A DNA stretch of 64,000 nt from Penicillus capitatus (taxonomy: Eukaryota > Plantae > Chlorophyta): positions 663,101-727,100 of the forward strand of contig OZ287696.1 of the NCBI GenBank assembly GCA_965649825.1. Reading direction: 5' to 3'. Position numbers and translations under genes: made by a program. Position 1 is the stretch's first letter, and every line of letters begins with the position of its first letter. Of this stretch, positions 10,552-21,681 are shown one piece after another. Below the pieces are notes generated by a model. The model did no database searches, was not told the DNA's origin, and was given only the letters and a program-made list of their open reading frames with translations.

Positions 10552-13500
10552 CTACTTCCGCGTCACACGAGTTGTAGAATCGCTCTGAAACTTTGTTTTC
10601 AATTGATCAGAAGTTTTTTTTGTTTTGAGGTATTTCATTAATCTGGGAAATCTACAAGCGACTTCTTTCTTTAAATGTTGAAAAAAACACGCAAGGTCTC
10701 TTCTATCCCAAGTTCCAATTTCTTCAGAAGTGATACCATGCAATGTCATGGAAACCTTTTCATCTTTAGTTGGAATACTCAGTGAAAATGAACTCCTAAC
10801 GAAGATGACCCAAAAACCGCTTTTACATGGAGAAAACGAGATTGCTAAAGGAATAATCTGATTAAGGTTTATAGTATCAAAGGCCGTTGCGGCCGTTAGT
10901 CTTACCTCGGAATCTTCATCGCCGCAACCCCTCACCAACATCCACACAAGATCACCGGCGAAATGAGGCGCCGCCTCAACTACCCGTCCGACGGCTTCCA
11001 TAGCATTCCCACGCACCCACGATTCTTCATCGTCGCAACCCCTCACCAGCATCCGCTGAAGGTCACCGGCGAACTCAGGCGCCGCCCTAACGACCCGTCC
11101 GACGGCTAGCATCGCATTTCCACGTACCCACGAGTCTTCGTCGACGCAACTAGTTGCCAGCTTCAAAAGAAAGCTGCCCGCAAGTTGCGGCGACGACCAG
11201 ACGGCTCGTCCGACAGCTTCCATCGCATTTCCACGTACCGATGAATCTTCGTCGTCGCAACCCTTCACCAGCATCGGCAGAAGGTCGCAGGTAAGCTGTG
11301 GTGCGGACACGACGACCCGTCCGACGGCTAGCATCGCATTCCAACGTACCGACGAGTCGTCGTCGTCGCAACCCATCATCAACATCGACAGAAGGTCACC
11401 AGCGAGCCGCGGTGCCGCTCCGGCCACCCGTCCTACCGCTTTCATCGCATTCCAACGTACCCATCGGTCTTCGTCACCGCAACCTCCTGCCATTAGCGGC
11501 AGAAAGTCGCAGGCGAGCTGCGTCGCTGACACAACGGCCCGTCCGACTGCTTCCAACGCATTCCGGCGTACCGACGGGTTTTCGTCGCCGCAACCACTAA
11601 CCAAGATTGGTCGAAGGTCGCCGGCGAGCTGTGGCGCCGACTCGACAACCCGTCCGACTGCTTCGATCGCATTACGACGGACCGACGAGTCTTCGTCGCC
11701 GCAACCACTCATCAGCATCGGCAGAATGTCGCCGACCAGCTGCGGCGCCTCTCCGACCACCCGTCCGACTGCTTCCATCGCATTACGACGGACCGACGAG
11801 TTTTCGTCTCCGCAAACCCTTGCCAACATTGAAAGATGGTCACCGGCTAGCTGCGGCGCCCTTCCGTCCACCCATCCAATGGTTTGAATCGCATTCCCAC
11901 GTACCCACGGGTCTTCGTCACCGCAATCCTTTACCAGCACCGATAAAAGTTCGCCGGCGAGCTGTGGCGCCGACTCGACAACCCGTCCGACGGCTTCCAT
12001 TGCATTCCAACGTACCGACAAGTTTTCGTCGCCACAACCCGTCACCAGCATCGGCAGAAGGGCACTAGCGAGTTGCGGTGCGGACACGACGGTCCGTCCG
12101 ACGGCTTCCATAGCATTCCAACGTACCGCCAAGTCTTCATCACGGCAACCCCGTACCAGCATCGGCAGAAGATTGCCAGCGACCTGCGGCATTTCGGTTA
12201 CAATACATTCAAACCTCCTTATGCATTCTTCTGCGTTGCACCACTCTTCGACATTCTTAATTAGTTGCACGAGTAATTGGATTATGCTATTCATGTGTTT
12301 TGGAGAATGCTTTGCAAGATTAAGCACACTCTTGACGTTGTCCCTTGTCTTCCATGTTAAGTCTTGGGAACTTGCCAACATTTGTTTTGCTTTATCCGTG
12401 ATATTATCCAGGATTCTAGGAAATTGTTCCAAAACACAAATGCACTTCTTAAGCTTTCCAACCACAACTTGACGAACTAGGACATCGTCCATGGTGCTAC
12501 TCAGGAGCTCTCGGGCACCGTTGACAATGTCGATCGCCTCTTCATCTTTGACTAAGGCCCGAGTGTCTGATTTGTTTGCTTCTTCTAATGTCGCCTCAAG
12601 AACTTGCATTCTCAACAAAAAGTGCTGTATCCCCAGAACCTCGACGGGTTTGTCGTCGACAATCGAAAGCATCTTCTGTAAAGCGTGTTTGCCTAAGTCG
12701 TGTGCAAAGGCATGCATGGCGAAGGATAATGTCAGAGCATGCTTCTGATTGTACTTTCCTTCTTGGATGAAATCGAGCGCTTTAGTTTCCTCATCCGATC
12801 CTCCCCTTCGCAGGGTTTTCGCGATATATCTTCCAGCAAAATACTCTTGGAACGTCAAGTGAGTAAACTGATACTTCCGACCCTCTAGTACGAGCAACAG
12901 GAGGCCGCTTTCTTTGAAAGTTCCAGCTGCGTCCGTAGACGTTGCATACTCAGTAACGAGTCTCGGAGGGATGAGAATCAGTCCACTGCGGAAAGTTTCG
13001 AAGGCAATTCTCTCCAGATCATCAAAAAGATCGCATCTCTTGATGTTCCTCGCCGCCGGTTTCTCCTTGAACCTCTCCCAGACGTAGTTTGCCATGTCAT
13101 TGTATATCTGAAAGATGCTCGCTCTCTTTCCTCGTTCTTCCGTTGCGGTGCCGTGGTCGTTTGACAGGGAACACAAGATGTGCGCCGTCACCGGAATGTG
13201 CGCCATCTCCCACATGGCGGTTGAGCTCTGGAGGGATTCGATAAGCTTCGGAGCTTGATCGTCTTTCAGTTCACTCTCTATGTAATCTCGCAACTGCTCG
13301 TCGTTGAATCCGAGACACTCCACTTGAACGTCGACCCGCGTTTCGACCTTTCTCATGTTGTAGGGGCGTGAGAGGAACAAGACCTTGCACGAACGCTCCC
13401 AGATGGTGGACACGATCTCCCTTGCGTTGTCATTCGCCTCGTCCAGTCCGTCGACCACAAGCAGCGTTGAAGGACTATCGAGGCCATCTTCTATTTGGAG

Positions 13501-15571
13501 GGCCAAGTCTTCGTACTCCGAAGTGCGTTTTCTCTTGGAGAAACATATTCGAGATATCGCTTCTTCAAGACTCGTCCACTGTTGTCCCTTGGACTCGGCA
13601 CTATTCAAAACTCTCACCGGCACCACGTAAACGGCGTTGAACTCTCGTGCCATTTCTCTCAACGCCCATTTGTGCGCGATGACTTTTGTGATGCACGTCT
13701 TTCCGGATCCGGGGTTTCCGTAGATGAGGACTCTTCGCACTTCGCTTTCCGGATCTCCGGGTTTGAGAGATCTTCGCTTGAACAAGTCGTCGAGAGCAAT
13801 GGGCTTTGTGACCTTCGTCCTCTGCTCGTAGTATTCTTTGGCTTGATCCCTTCCGCGGTCCGATGGCCTTCCCTCTCTCGCTTCCACTCCCTGGACAGCT
13901 TCGTCCGTACCATCTCTTGCTTTGATTCCTCGCTCTTCGACAACCTCCTCGTAGATAACGACATGGTGCTTCATGTCTTTGACGTGTTTGCGAGATCTTT
14001 CCTCGAACAGAGAGGCCACCTTCAAGAAGAAGACACTCGTTCACTTGAACTAGCTCCTTCTTGGATGTTACCGTTGCAAAGTCGTCTTTTATATACGTTC
14101 TCCTTAGATCCTCTCTGTTCGAATTTATCACAGCCGGTGGAACATATCCCATGTCTCTGCCAATCTCGGTGCACAAATTCTTGCATTCCTCCTGTAATGC
14201 TTGCGAGATTTCAGTTCGATGTCTGCCTTCCATGTCTTTTGCTTTCATCAATTCCGTCAATTCCTTTGAGGCGCCACTCCTGCATGATTCGTACAAGACC
14301 CTAAGCGCTTCTTTGGTCTCTTCGTTGCATTCGGTTATTGCATCGGTGTGTCGTAAGACATCTGACAGTGCGACCAGGATATCATCATCATCGATCCACC
14401 ATCCGTCCACAGCTTGTTGTGCTGTCAGTTCTGTCAACTTCAATGCGATGTCTCTGCGGACGTGCTCAGGTGATCCCTTGTTCACAAGAACACCCAACTC
14501 TTGGATGATGCCGAATCTCAATGCCTTTAAGTCTTCTCTGTCTCTCGTCGTTCGTTGTTTCTCTATTGCTGCGCGATATGCTAAGTCAAAATGCTCAAGA
14601 TCCATTTCGGTTTTCGACGCAGCTAGCCTTGCGGCTATCAGAGTTCGAAACGAATCGAACCACGTTTTTCTCGACACCCCGATGCCGACAAAATAGGCTT
14701 GGCTTTTTTCGCACGCATCGGCGATGGCCGCGGGATCGATATCACACCTTGCCAGATTTCTGAAACAGTGGAAAACGTGGAGGAGTGCATACAGTCCGCA
14801 AGCGACGCATCGCATCGCTTGTGTGAGTTGTGAAGGAACTTCTCTGAGCTCGAGGCGTTCAACTGCCTGCCGAAGAGCCTTGAAATGAAATCTCACAGGG
14901 TAGTAGTCGCACGAAAGCTCTAGTTCATTCTCCTTGGCCGCAATGGCTCGGCAGAGATCTTGCTTTTCCTTTTCTTCGATGTCATTACGATTGGACATGT
15001 AAAGCAGGAAGAAGGTTTGATGTAGTGCCTGAAATGTGGCTTTATGCTTCGCAAAGTTCTTTCTCGTCAACTTCGGCTGTGGCGAAAGGGTATCAAGAAG
15101 CTTCTTTGCCATGTTGACTAGCTGCGCAGTGCCGCCATACGAAGAGGGTTCGGCATGCGTAAGCGTCCTGTAGAGAGCGATAGCCGTGTTCGGTTCGAGG
15201 AACTGTGTTTGGCGGAGACATGAGCAGAGGCCATCGACTAAATCCCCCAGAAGGTCGTCTTCGTGTGTGGAGCAGGACTTGATTTTGGACAATTCTGAGT
15301 ACTCGAGAACGGACTCGAGTCTCAGACATTCTTCGCTTCGTCTGCCATAGTTGCGCAGCCATCCGAAGAGAACGGCCCGTTCGTCATCCGTCGTCTTGTT
15401 GTATGCCGCCACCAGCGACTTGGTGCTGTCGATGTTGTACTTCATCGCGACAGCACGCAGAAGTCTCGGGTCATTACGCTGTCCGACGGTTAAGCGCTTG
15501 GTAGAGGGTCGACCTCCAATGCCCGACGCGGGGACTACGAGTTCACTCGGTCCTTCATCCGGTGCTTGCAT
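10552..15571 (-). CDS. NLR-like STAND protein: helical N-domain + NACHT NTPase + HEAT-repeat array, copy 1 (~1,655 aa)
   Basis: ORFs 13601-15601 and 10552-14025 are joined by a 52-nt GT-AG intron (14020-14071) after DDFAT. Walker A GNPGSGKT, Walker B LLVVDGLDE, sensor VLFLSRP, winged-helix FTHLTFQEYFAG, then 11 x 37-aa HEAT repeats. The start MQAPDEG is inferred from an in-frame stop upstream of the 5' intron. Confidence 0.9.
10903..12123 (-). repeat. Coding tandem repeat, 11 x 111 bp (37-aa HEAT units) in NLR copy 1
   Basis: Consensus RxNAMEAVGRVVxxAPQLAGDLLPMLVxGCxDEDxxV is repeated 11 times; the 111-bp periodicity is visible in the DNA. Confidence 0.92.
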
Positions 15572-15584
15572 ATTCGGTCGTAAC

Positions 15585-15638
15585 CTGCACAGACACGGCA
15601 TAAGGTCGTCCCCGAACGAAACTTAAGAAGCCACTTAC
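15585..15638 (-). other. Probable 5'-UTR intron of NLR copy 1 (54 nt, GT-AG)
   Basis: gtaagtggcttc...tgtgcag. The orthologous 54-nt segment in copy 2 (45543-45596) begins gcaagtggcttc. Confidence 0.55.
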
Positions 15639-16212
15639 TTGCCTTATCACAAAACAAAGTTCGCACAAGACTTCGCAGCAGATACGGTGCGTTGGATATT
15701 CTCATCAACATCTAGGCTCAGATGATGATGGTGCTTGATTTGATACACCTCTCCGGACGCGGTTCAATCGACTACCAAGCAGTTATTGCAAAGCAGTTGT
15801 TATTGCGATTGCGAATTCGTCTCTATCCTTACTAATATGACGATGCGAAAGTTCGAGCAAGTGGATCGCCGATTCGCGAACTATCTAACGACGAAAGCCA
15901 TAAAGATTTGCTGCACCTGATTGACCGCGTCTACCGAGAGTCTCAGGTTTCCATCCTACACGACGGCACTCCTGTGATTCATATTGATACCGGCTCTAAA
16001 GTCGACGACTGTTCTCGCTGATGCCAGTTTTCCTCGACACCATCATGATCGATCCGACGACGTTGCACCAATCGTCGTGCTCAACACGGTAAGTTGAATG
16101 CCATTAAACATCTGAATTCCAGTCGATACAAAACAGTTATCATTTTGTCGACGCGTTCGTTGGCAAACGTCATCGACTTTCTCGGAAAATACGTTCCTCG
16201 AAGTGGTCTCGA

Positions 16213-19200
16213 TTAGACGAAAAACATTCTTTCTTTCAAAGCCGGGTGAAGTTCTGTTCCAGGCGGCGGCTGTCCACCTTCCATGGAGGACGACGCATCC
16301 GAGTCCGTAAACGTCAAGTATCTTCCGTGCAACGCTGCCAGATGCGCGTAGTAGGCTGGAGGAGCATAAGACACAGATCTAGTGCAACGGACGTACAAGA
16401 AGCACATCCAGTATGTGAGCAGTTGAATTCCATCGGACCCAAAGCCATTCTCGTCCAATAATACATAGTAATGCGCTGGCTTGTTCGTTCCTAAGAACAA
16501 AGGATGCATCGAAGACATGCAGCTATCGAGAAATGCACGTACCTTGAATGCCGGTGTGAGAGTTAAGATAGAAATCAAAATCGTAGTGTGAAGTGATTCC
16601 GGTGTCAGCCACTGTTCCTGGACGGGGATTCTCATTGCGGTCACCGTCGTTGCGTCTCGGAAACATGCGAGCATGATGTCGTTTCTTGACGACGATGTAG
16701 GTTAGTGGTGGCTTGTAAGTTGGACCGAAGTGCGAAAAGGCTTGGTGAAATTCTCTGACTTCATGTTCCAGAGCGGCGTCGAACTGTCCATCTGAGATGC
16801 CATCTCTGTAGAAGAAGACGGCTTCTGGTAGCTGTCCGTTCTTCTCTACGAAGCACTCTATCAGTTGTTGGATGGCGTTCTCCATGTTCAGAATCTCGCG
16901 ACGGGGTGGCAGAATGACGTGACGTGCGCAGAAGCTTCCCAAGTGACTGCAAAGAGCCGCCGTTGATGAGCGAGATGGATAAGAGATGGTCGATGTCGCA
17001 CCTGTCCATGCTTGCCACGATAGCTCCCACCGAAGGAACGGACGCATCTGCCGTGGAATGCGTAACGTCTGCTCCGAAGACAATGAATGGTTTGTTTTGA
17101 TTTCCACCGAGAGCTGGAAACATGCCACTCAAGGAACCAGCAATCTTGCAGTTCGTTCCTCCGATTTTCTGGTTGATCTTCAGTACCAGATTCGCTAAGT
17201 ACTGTTCCTGACCTCTGGGTGGCCGGCCTAGTAAACAAAGAATTTTGTCCAGGAGATCGCTGGATAGGGGCACGCGGCTTACTGATTCCGGCAGAACTCG
17301 CGACAAAGCACTGGGTCATCACTCCCACCTCTCCTTCTGCTGCTCGTTTGATCTCTTTATACAACCAAGGGTCCTTGTCTGGGAGGAGAGCGAGTAGAAT
17401 CTGCGGAGCCGAGTGGAATGCTGATTGTGCATCGTGCATCCCGTCCTTCAGCGCATCAGTCGCATCCTTGTTTCCGGCATCTGTCAAGGGAGGCAGGTTA
17501 TGTGGAACGGAGAGACCCATCTTTTCCATCATGGCCATGAGACCTTCGACGAACGACTGCAAGCTGTTCCCTATCTGCTGTGTGTTGCGTACAAAGGAAA
17601 CAATCCCCCAGGACTTTAACTCGGCGCCCTGATAAAGTTCTACCCCATTCAAATTCCAAGCTCCTCGGTCTCCTGTGCTCACACGTTTCTTACAAAACGA
17701 AACGGACTGAGTGCCAAACCGGTGTTCATGCACGGAGGCGTTGAATATTGGAGGTATGGCGAAGGCAGCGATCGAGCTTCCACCTGTCACAGACATGCTT
17801 CCAGAAAATGCCTTCGCGTCAGTGCACGAACCTCGATCTCTTGGCCATCGACCTGAATTCCGAAAGAAGTCACGCTTGCTTGGTTGTTGAAGTTGGCGTT
17901 TCTCATGACTTTTCTGATGCCATTCATACGTTCGGCTGGTCTTCTGGCCGAACCGCGAATGACATCTCGTGTTTGATCAGGAGAGAGTGTCTTGATACGT
18001 TGATCAGGAACCACACTAGATGCGCAGTACTGGATTCCTCAGCATCCGATTGGCAAAGCATACCGGCAGACTTCGAGTGGCAAATACATTAATTTCCCGC
18101 GTCTCTTCGAGGCGTCGACGCACGGCAGTCTGGGAAACCTGAGATCCCCGTGCCTGCTGGACCAGTAATCAGCAACGCTCAGTTGAGAACCGTCTTCCCT
18201 TGAAAAGGTCATGGACTCCGCAGGCTGCGGAGTAAATCGAACGAATCTGGAGTCATGGATGCTCCGTGATTAACGAGAGGGAAATCGCAGAGGAAGGATT
18301 CACTTGTGTTTCTTGTTCTTGTTGCCGAGATGTGTCGTGACGATTTCTGTTCCTTTGAATAGTCTTTCGATGCGTTTCCAATCTCTCTCGGTGAGATTTG
18401 CCAGCTGATTGGGATTTGTTTTGTCTGCGAGTGTTAGAAGCAAATCGATAACGGGCTGATCTTTTAGGAAAGCGGCGCAAGAGATGTCCAAGTTCAGCGT
18501 CAATCCGTTCTGCGTTAAATGCACGCTCTGGATGTGACCGTATCGCAACTACAGACAATCAGCCTCGGTCGTGTACATAAGCATGTGCGGCAATGATGCT
18601 CACCTCGGCTCCACCCGCAATATCTTGTACAGCCTCCTGACCCGGGAAATAAAACGATCTGCCGAAGCTGATGCATCTCGGATCGTTCAGGAGAGATGCT
18701 TTAAGACAGATTTCGAGCGAAGCCTTGACATTGTGCGGAGCTCTGGCAGAATGTTGCTGAAGAAAGCGCTGGACATCTCCAATGTTCACTGTGGCGACTC
18801 GATTCAACTTGACATTGAATATCTTCTCTTCATCTCTTTTTCTCACGTTTACCGGTAGTGTCATACTGTTGGTGTTGAAGAGGACCTGAGGACTGTAGAT
18901 GTTCTTCTGCCCATCAAACGCCCAGACAACAGACCAACGATGCTGATCCGCACACTCTGAGAGGATGTGACGATTCAGCTTTGTTGGCAAGCGTACGAGG
19001 TCTATCTCCCCTCCCTCTTCAGCTACACGACAAAGCACCATCAGTGGATACGCCGAATAAGATTGGGCTTTGGGCGTTACAACAAAATTGCCGGCCATTC
19101 TCTGTGATCTCGACATTGTAATGATAGATCTGAGGTACATTGCATGTCATCCTGTAGAAATTTGTTGCTAACCGAAACCGTCCGCCAACCGTTCCCCCAT

Positions 19201-19626
19201 CGTCTGGTCGAGGTGCAAACTGCGAACCCCTCGTTGGAGAGAAGCGTAAGCCCAGTGGATTTACTTTGTATTCCGGCAAATCTTCAAATTTTGTGGCAGA
19301 CGACGCAGAAAGGCGACAGTTCGAAAGGAGTACAGTAGTGATCTCTTCTGCCTCTTCCAACGTGGTCCATCCTGAACAGCAGCTGTCCGTTTGACTTCTC
19401 CAAGAGAAATCGAAGACGCACCAACTTGTTGACCCTGTTGACCACCGCGTCCTCTGCCGCCTCCTCGCGGAGGGCCACCATCCCAGCCTCTACCACCACC
19501 TCGCGGATGACCGCCGTCTCGACCTCTGCCGCCTCCTCGCGGTGGGCCGCCGTCTCGACCTCTACCACCACCGCGTGGAGGACCGCCGTCTCGTCCTCTG
19601 CCGCGTCTTCCACGTCCTCTTTGCAT
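16213..19626 (-). CDS. AGO: Argonaute (N-terminal RGG repeats, N, PAZ, MID, PIWI), multi-exon
   Basis: FRLATNFY (N domain); LPC...MYLPLEVC (PAZ end); YLANLVLKINQKIGGTN; PIWI tetrad FGADVTH (D), RREIL (E), YRDGIS (D), YAHLAA (H); typical C-terminus ERMFFV*. The PAZ exons join in frame. Confidence 0.96.
19459..19602 (-). repeat. Coding tandem repeat 4 x 36 bp (GRGRDGGPPRGG) in the AGO N-terminus
   Basis: Read directly in ORF 19261-19692 and in the DNA. Confidence 0.9.
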
Positions 19627-20627
19627 CAGCACTGATTTCTTCTGGGAGATGTTTTGTTGCTGCAATGTATGGTTTCTGTTTCTTAGTTGCAAACTTCTTT
19701 CTTCTTTTTCTCTTCAAATAATGATTTTGGTTGTAAATCTTAGAAAATTCGTTTTGCACCACAGCGTTCGGCAATTTATAGGATCACCCCAAATGACCCA
19801 TGCCGTGCCGAACACGACGAGTACGGCAAGAACCTTCAGTAAACTGTGACAGATGTTGATATTCATGTGCCTGCGCTCTTGCTCTGCGCGTTCCTCCTGA
19901 CACTGGACAATCGCCACGGATACGTTAAGGAAAATCGAAAATCGAGGCGATTCACGTTTCAAGATCGTTTGAACTTCTAAGGCAGTCAACACTGGAGCGG
20001 CAATTTTCTTAATGCACCTTTGTCTCCGTCAATTCGACAACACGTCCGTCCAGAAAAGACGTATCGGCGGATCCAAATCTGTGGAGACGCATTCATCGCA
20101 ACAAATTGGTTTCTGTCGCAGATGCTTACTCTCATGCAAAAATGAACAGGGTATGTATGGATTACACTTGCGAACTCATAGCTAGATCAACGGCAGCCGC
20201 ATTCTGTCATAATGTATTGTGATAGCCGATAGTTTCCAGGGAAAAGCGCTCAGTGATAGGCAATGCTTTTAATCTGGACTCTGTTCTTTCTTATTTGGTC
20301 AGTATCGAACTGCATTCGAAGATGAGCAATGAAGCCGGGTAAGATAGCGACATAGACAGTTGACAGAAAAGATAATGGTGCGCAGACAGAGCCAGTCTGC
20401 TTCATGGTTGTCCGCGAATGAACAGACCATCAAAGCAACCAGAACGAACACTCCGCCATGGGCATGCAGTTTAGTTCCTTTTTCCTTTTCTTCAGCAATG
20501 ATCCTATCACCCCACCAAATGACTCAGATGCTCTCAGCATCATCACATTTGCAGTGGGACAACGATCGCCTCATATCGTTCATTTACACCGCAACGATCG
20601 TCTCCTGTTCGCAACCCCGTGCGTCGA

Positions 20628-21155
20628 ATGCAAGACGTCGTTCATCCGTCAACCAGTTCTGTGGAGGTCTACGGGTTTGTGGGCTGGATAACGTCACTCG
20701 TCGTATGCGTTCTCTATCTTCTCTGGTCGCTGATACCGAATGAGCTCCTGGAGCGCGCAGGCGTTGTCTACTATCCAGACAAGCACTGGGCCCTCACTGG
20801 TACCCCATCTCCTCTTAACTAAACAACGCATCCTTTACATCTTTAGTGCCGATGCTGCTGAGTATAGCCATCGTCTACGTCTTCGTGAGCTATGAGTTTA
20901 TGAACATGACTTTGGTTCAAGATCCGACTGAGAGATCCACCATCCAAGATCGCACGACGCCCCAGTGGACAGAAGAAGAGGTTCGTTATTCTTTCCACTC
21001 ATTGTATCGTGGGCACTAGAGAATTCAAATCCTTATGACTGTCGCAGTTAAGGCTCCGTCAAGGAGACGAAGATAACACGTCCATTCCTCCTCTGAAGGA
21101 TCTACCTCCTGGCTATATATCTAGAAAGCTTTACTTACGCAATACATGCAAATAA
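20628..21155 (+). CDS. PIGP: GPI-GlcNAc transferase subunit P (PIG-P/GPI19), 3 exons
   Basis: EVYGFVGWI...LYLLWSLIP...GVVYYPDKHWAL matches the PIG-P signature. Exon 2 carries a second hydrophobic helix (PMLLSIAIVYVFVSYEF); exon 3 ends PPLKDLPPGYISRKLYLRNTCK* at 21155. Confidence 0.85.
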
Positions 21156-21681
21156 CAAACGTATGAACAGATGCCGTTCGGTTACCTTTACTGCCCGAGC
21201 GAAGAATGGTCCACGGAAGAAAACGTGTATGGACTGGAGCGAGTACGTCGCCTTCACTGTGCGAGACGAGCGTTCGATTTCGATCGGCAGGCATCCAGGC
21301 TGGCAGACAAACAGACATAGCCACAGTTTATCATGGCGCCTCGAGCTCATCCACTGTACAGGTACATTTTGCAGAAAAATTTCTTGATGCGTACACAGCG
21401 AGTGAGATCGTATGAAATGCTCCGCGAGGATAACGAATGAAAAAGCACAGACCCGCACCCCAATTCGAACAGAATGCATAAACACAACCACTGGCTTCAT
21501 CATCGTTGAGTTCTCATTGGAATCAAAGATAAGAGAAAGCACAAACCCAAAGAAAAACATACGTACTGCTTTACTGTCTAGACAAATTTAGGCACCCGTC
21601 GATGATGTATCGTAAGTAGCTGGGTGCTCAGACGATCGATCGATCCATATGTGAACGGGCAGACGATCACTTATTCACCTT

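Noticed and set aside
10903-12123. Regular repeat arrays (also 40969-42078) as possible CRISPR-like or satellite arrays
   Set aside because: They are 111-bp in-frame coding repeats with no repeat-spacer structure, in a eukaryotic context.
13601-14071. Apparent frameshift or overlap between the two long ORFs of each NLR (pseudogene?)
   Set aside because: Explained by a conserved 52-nt intron present in both copies.
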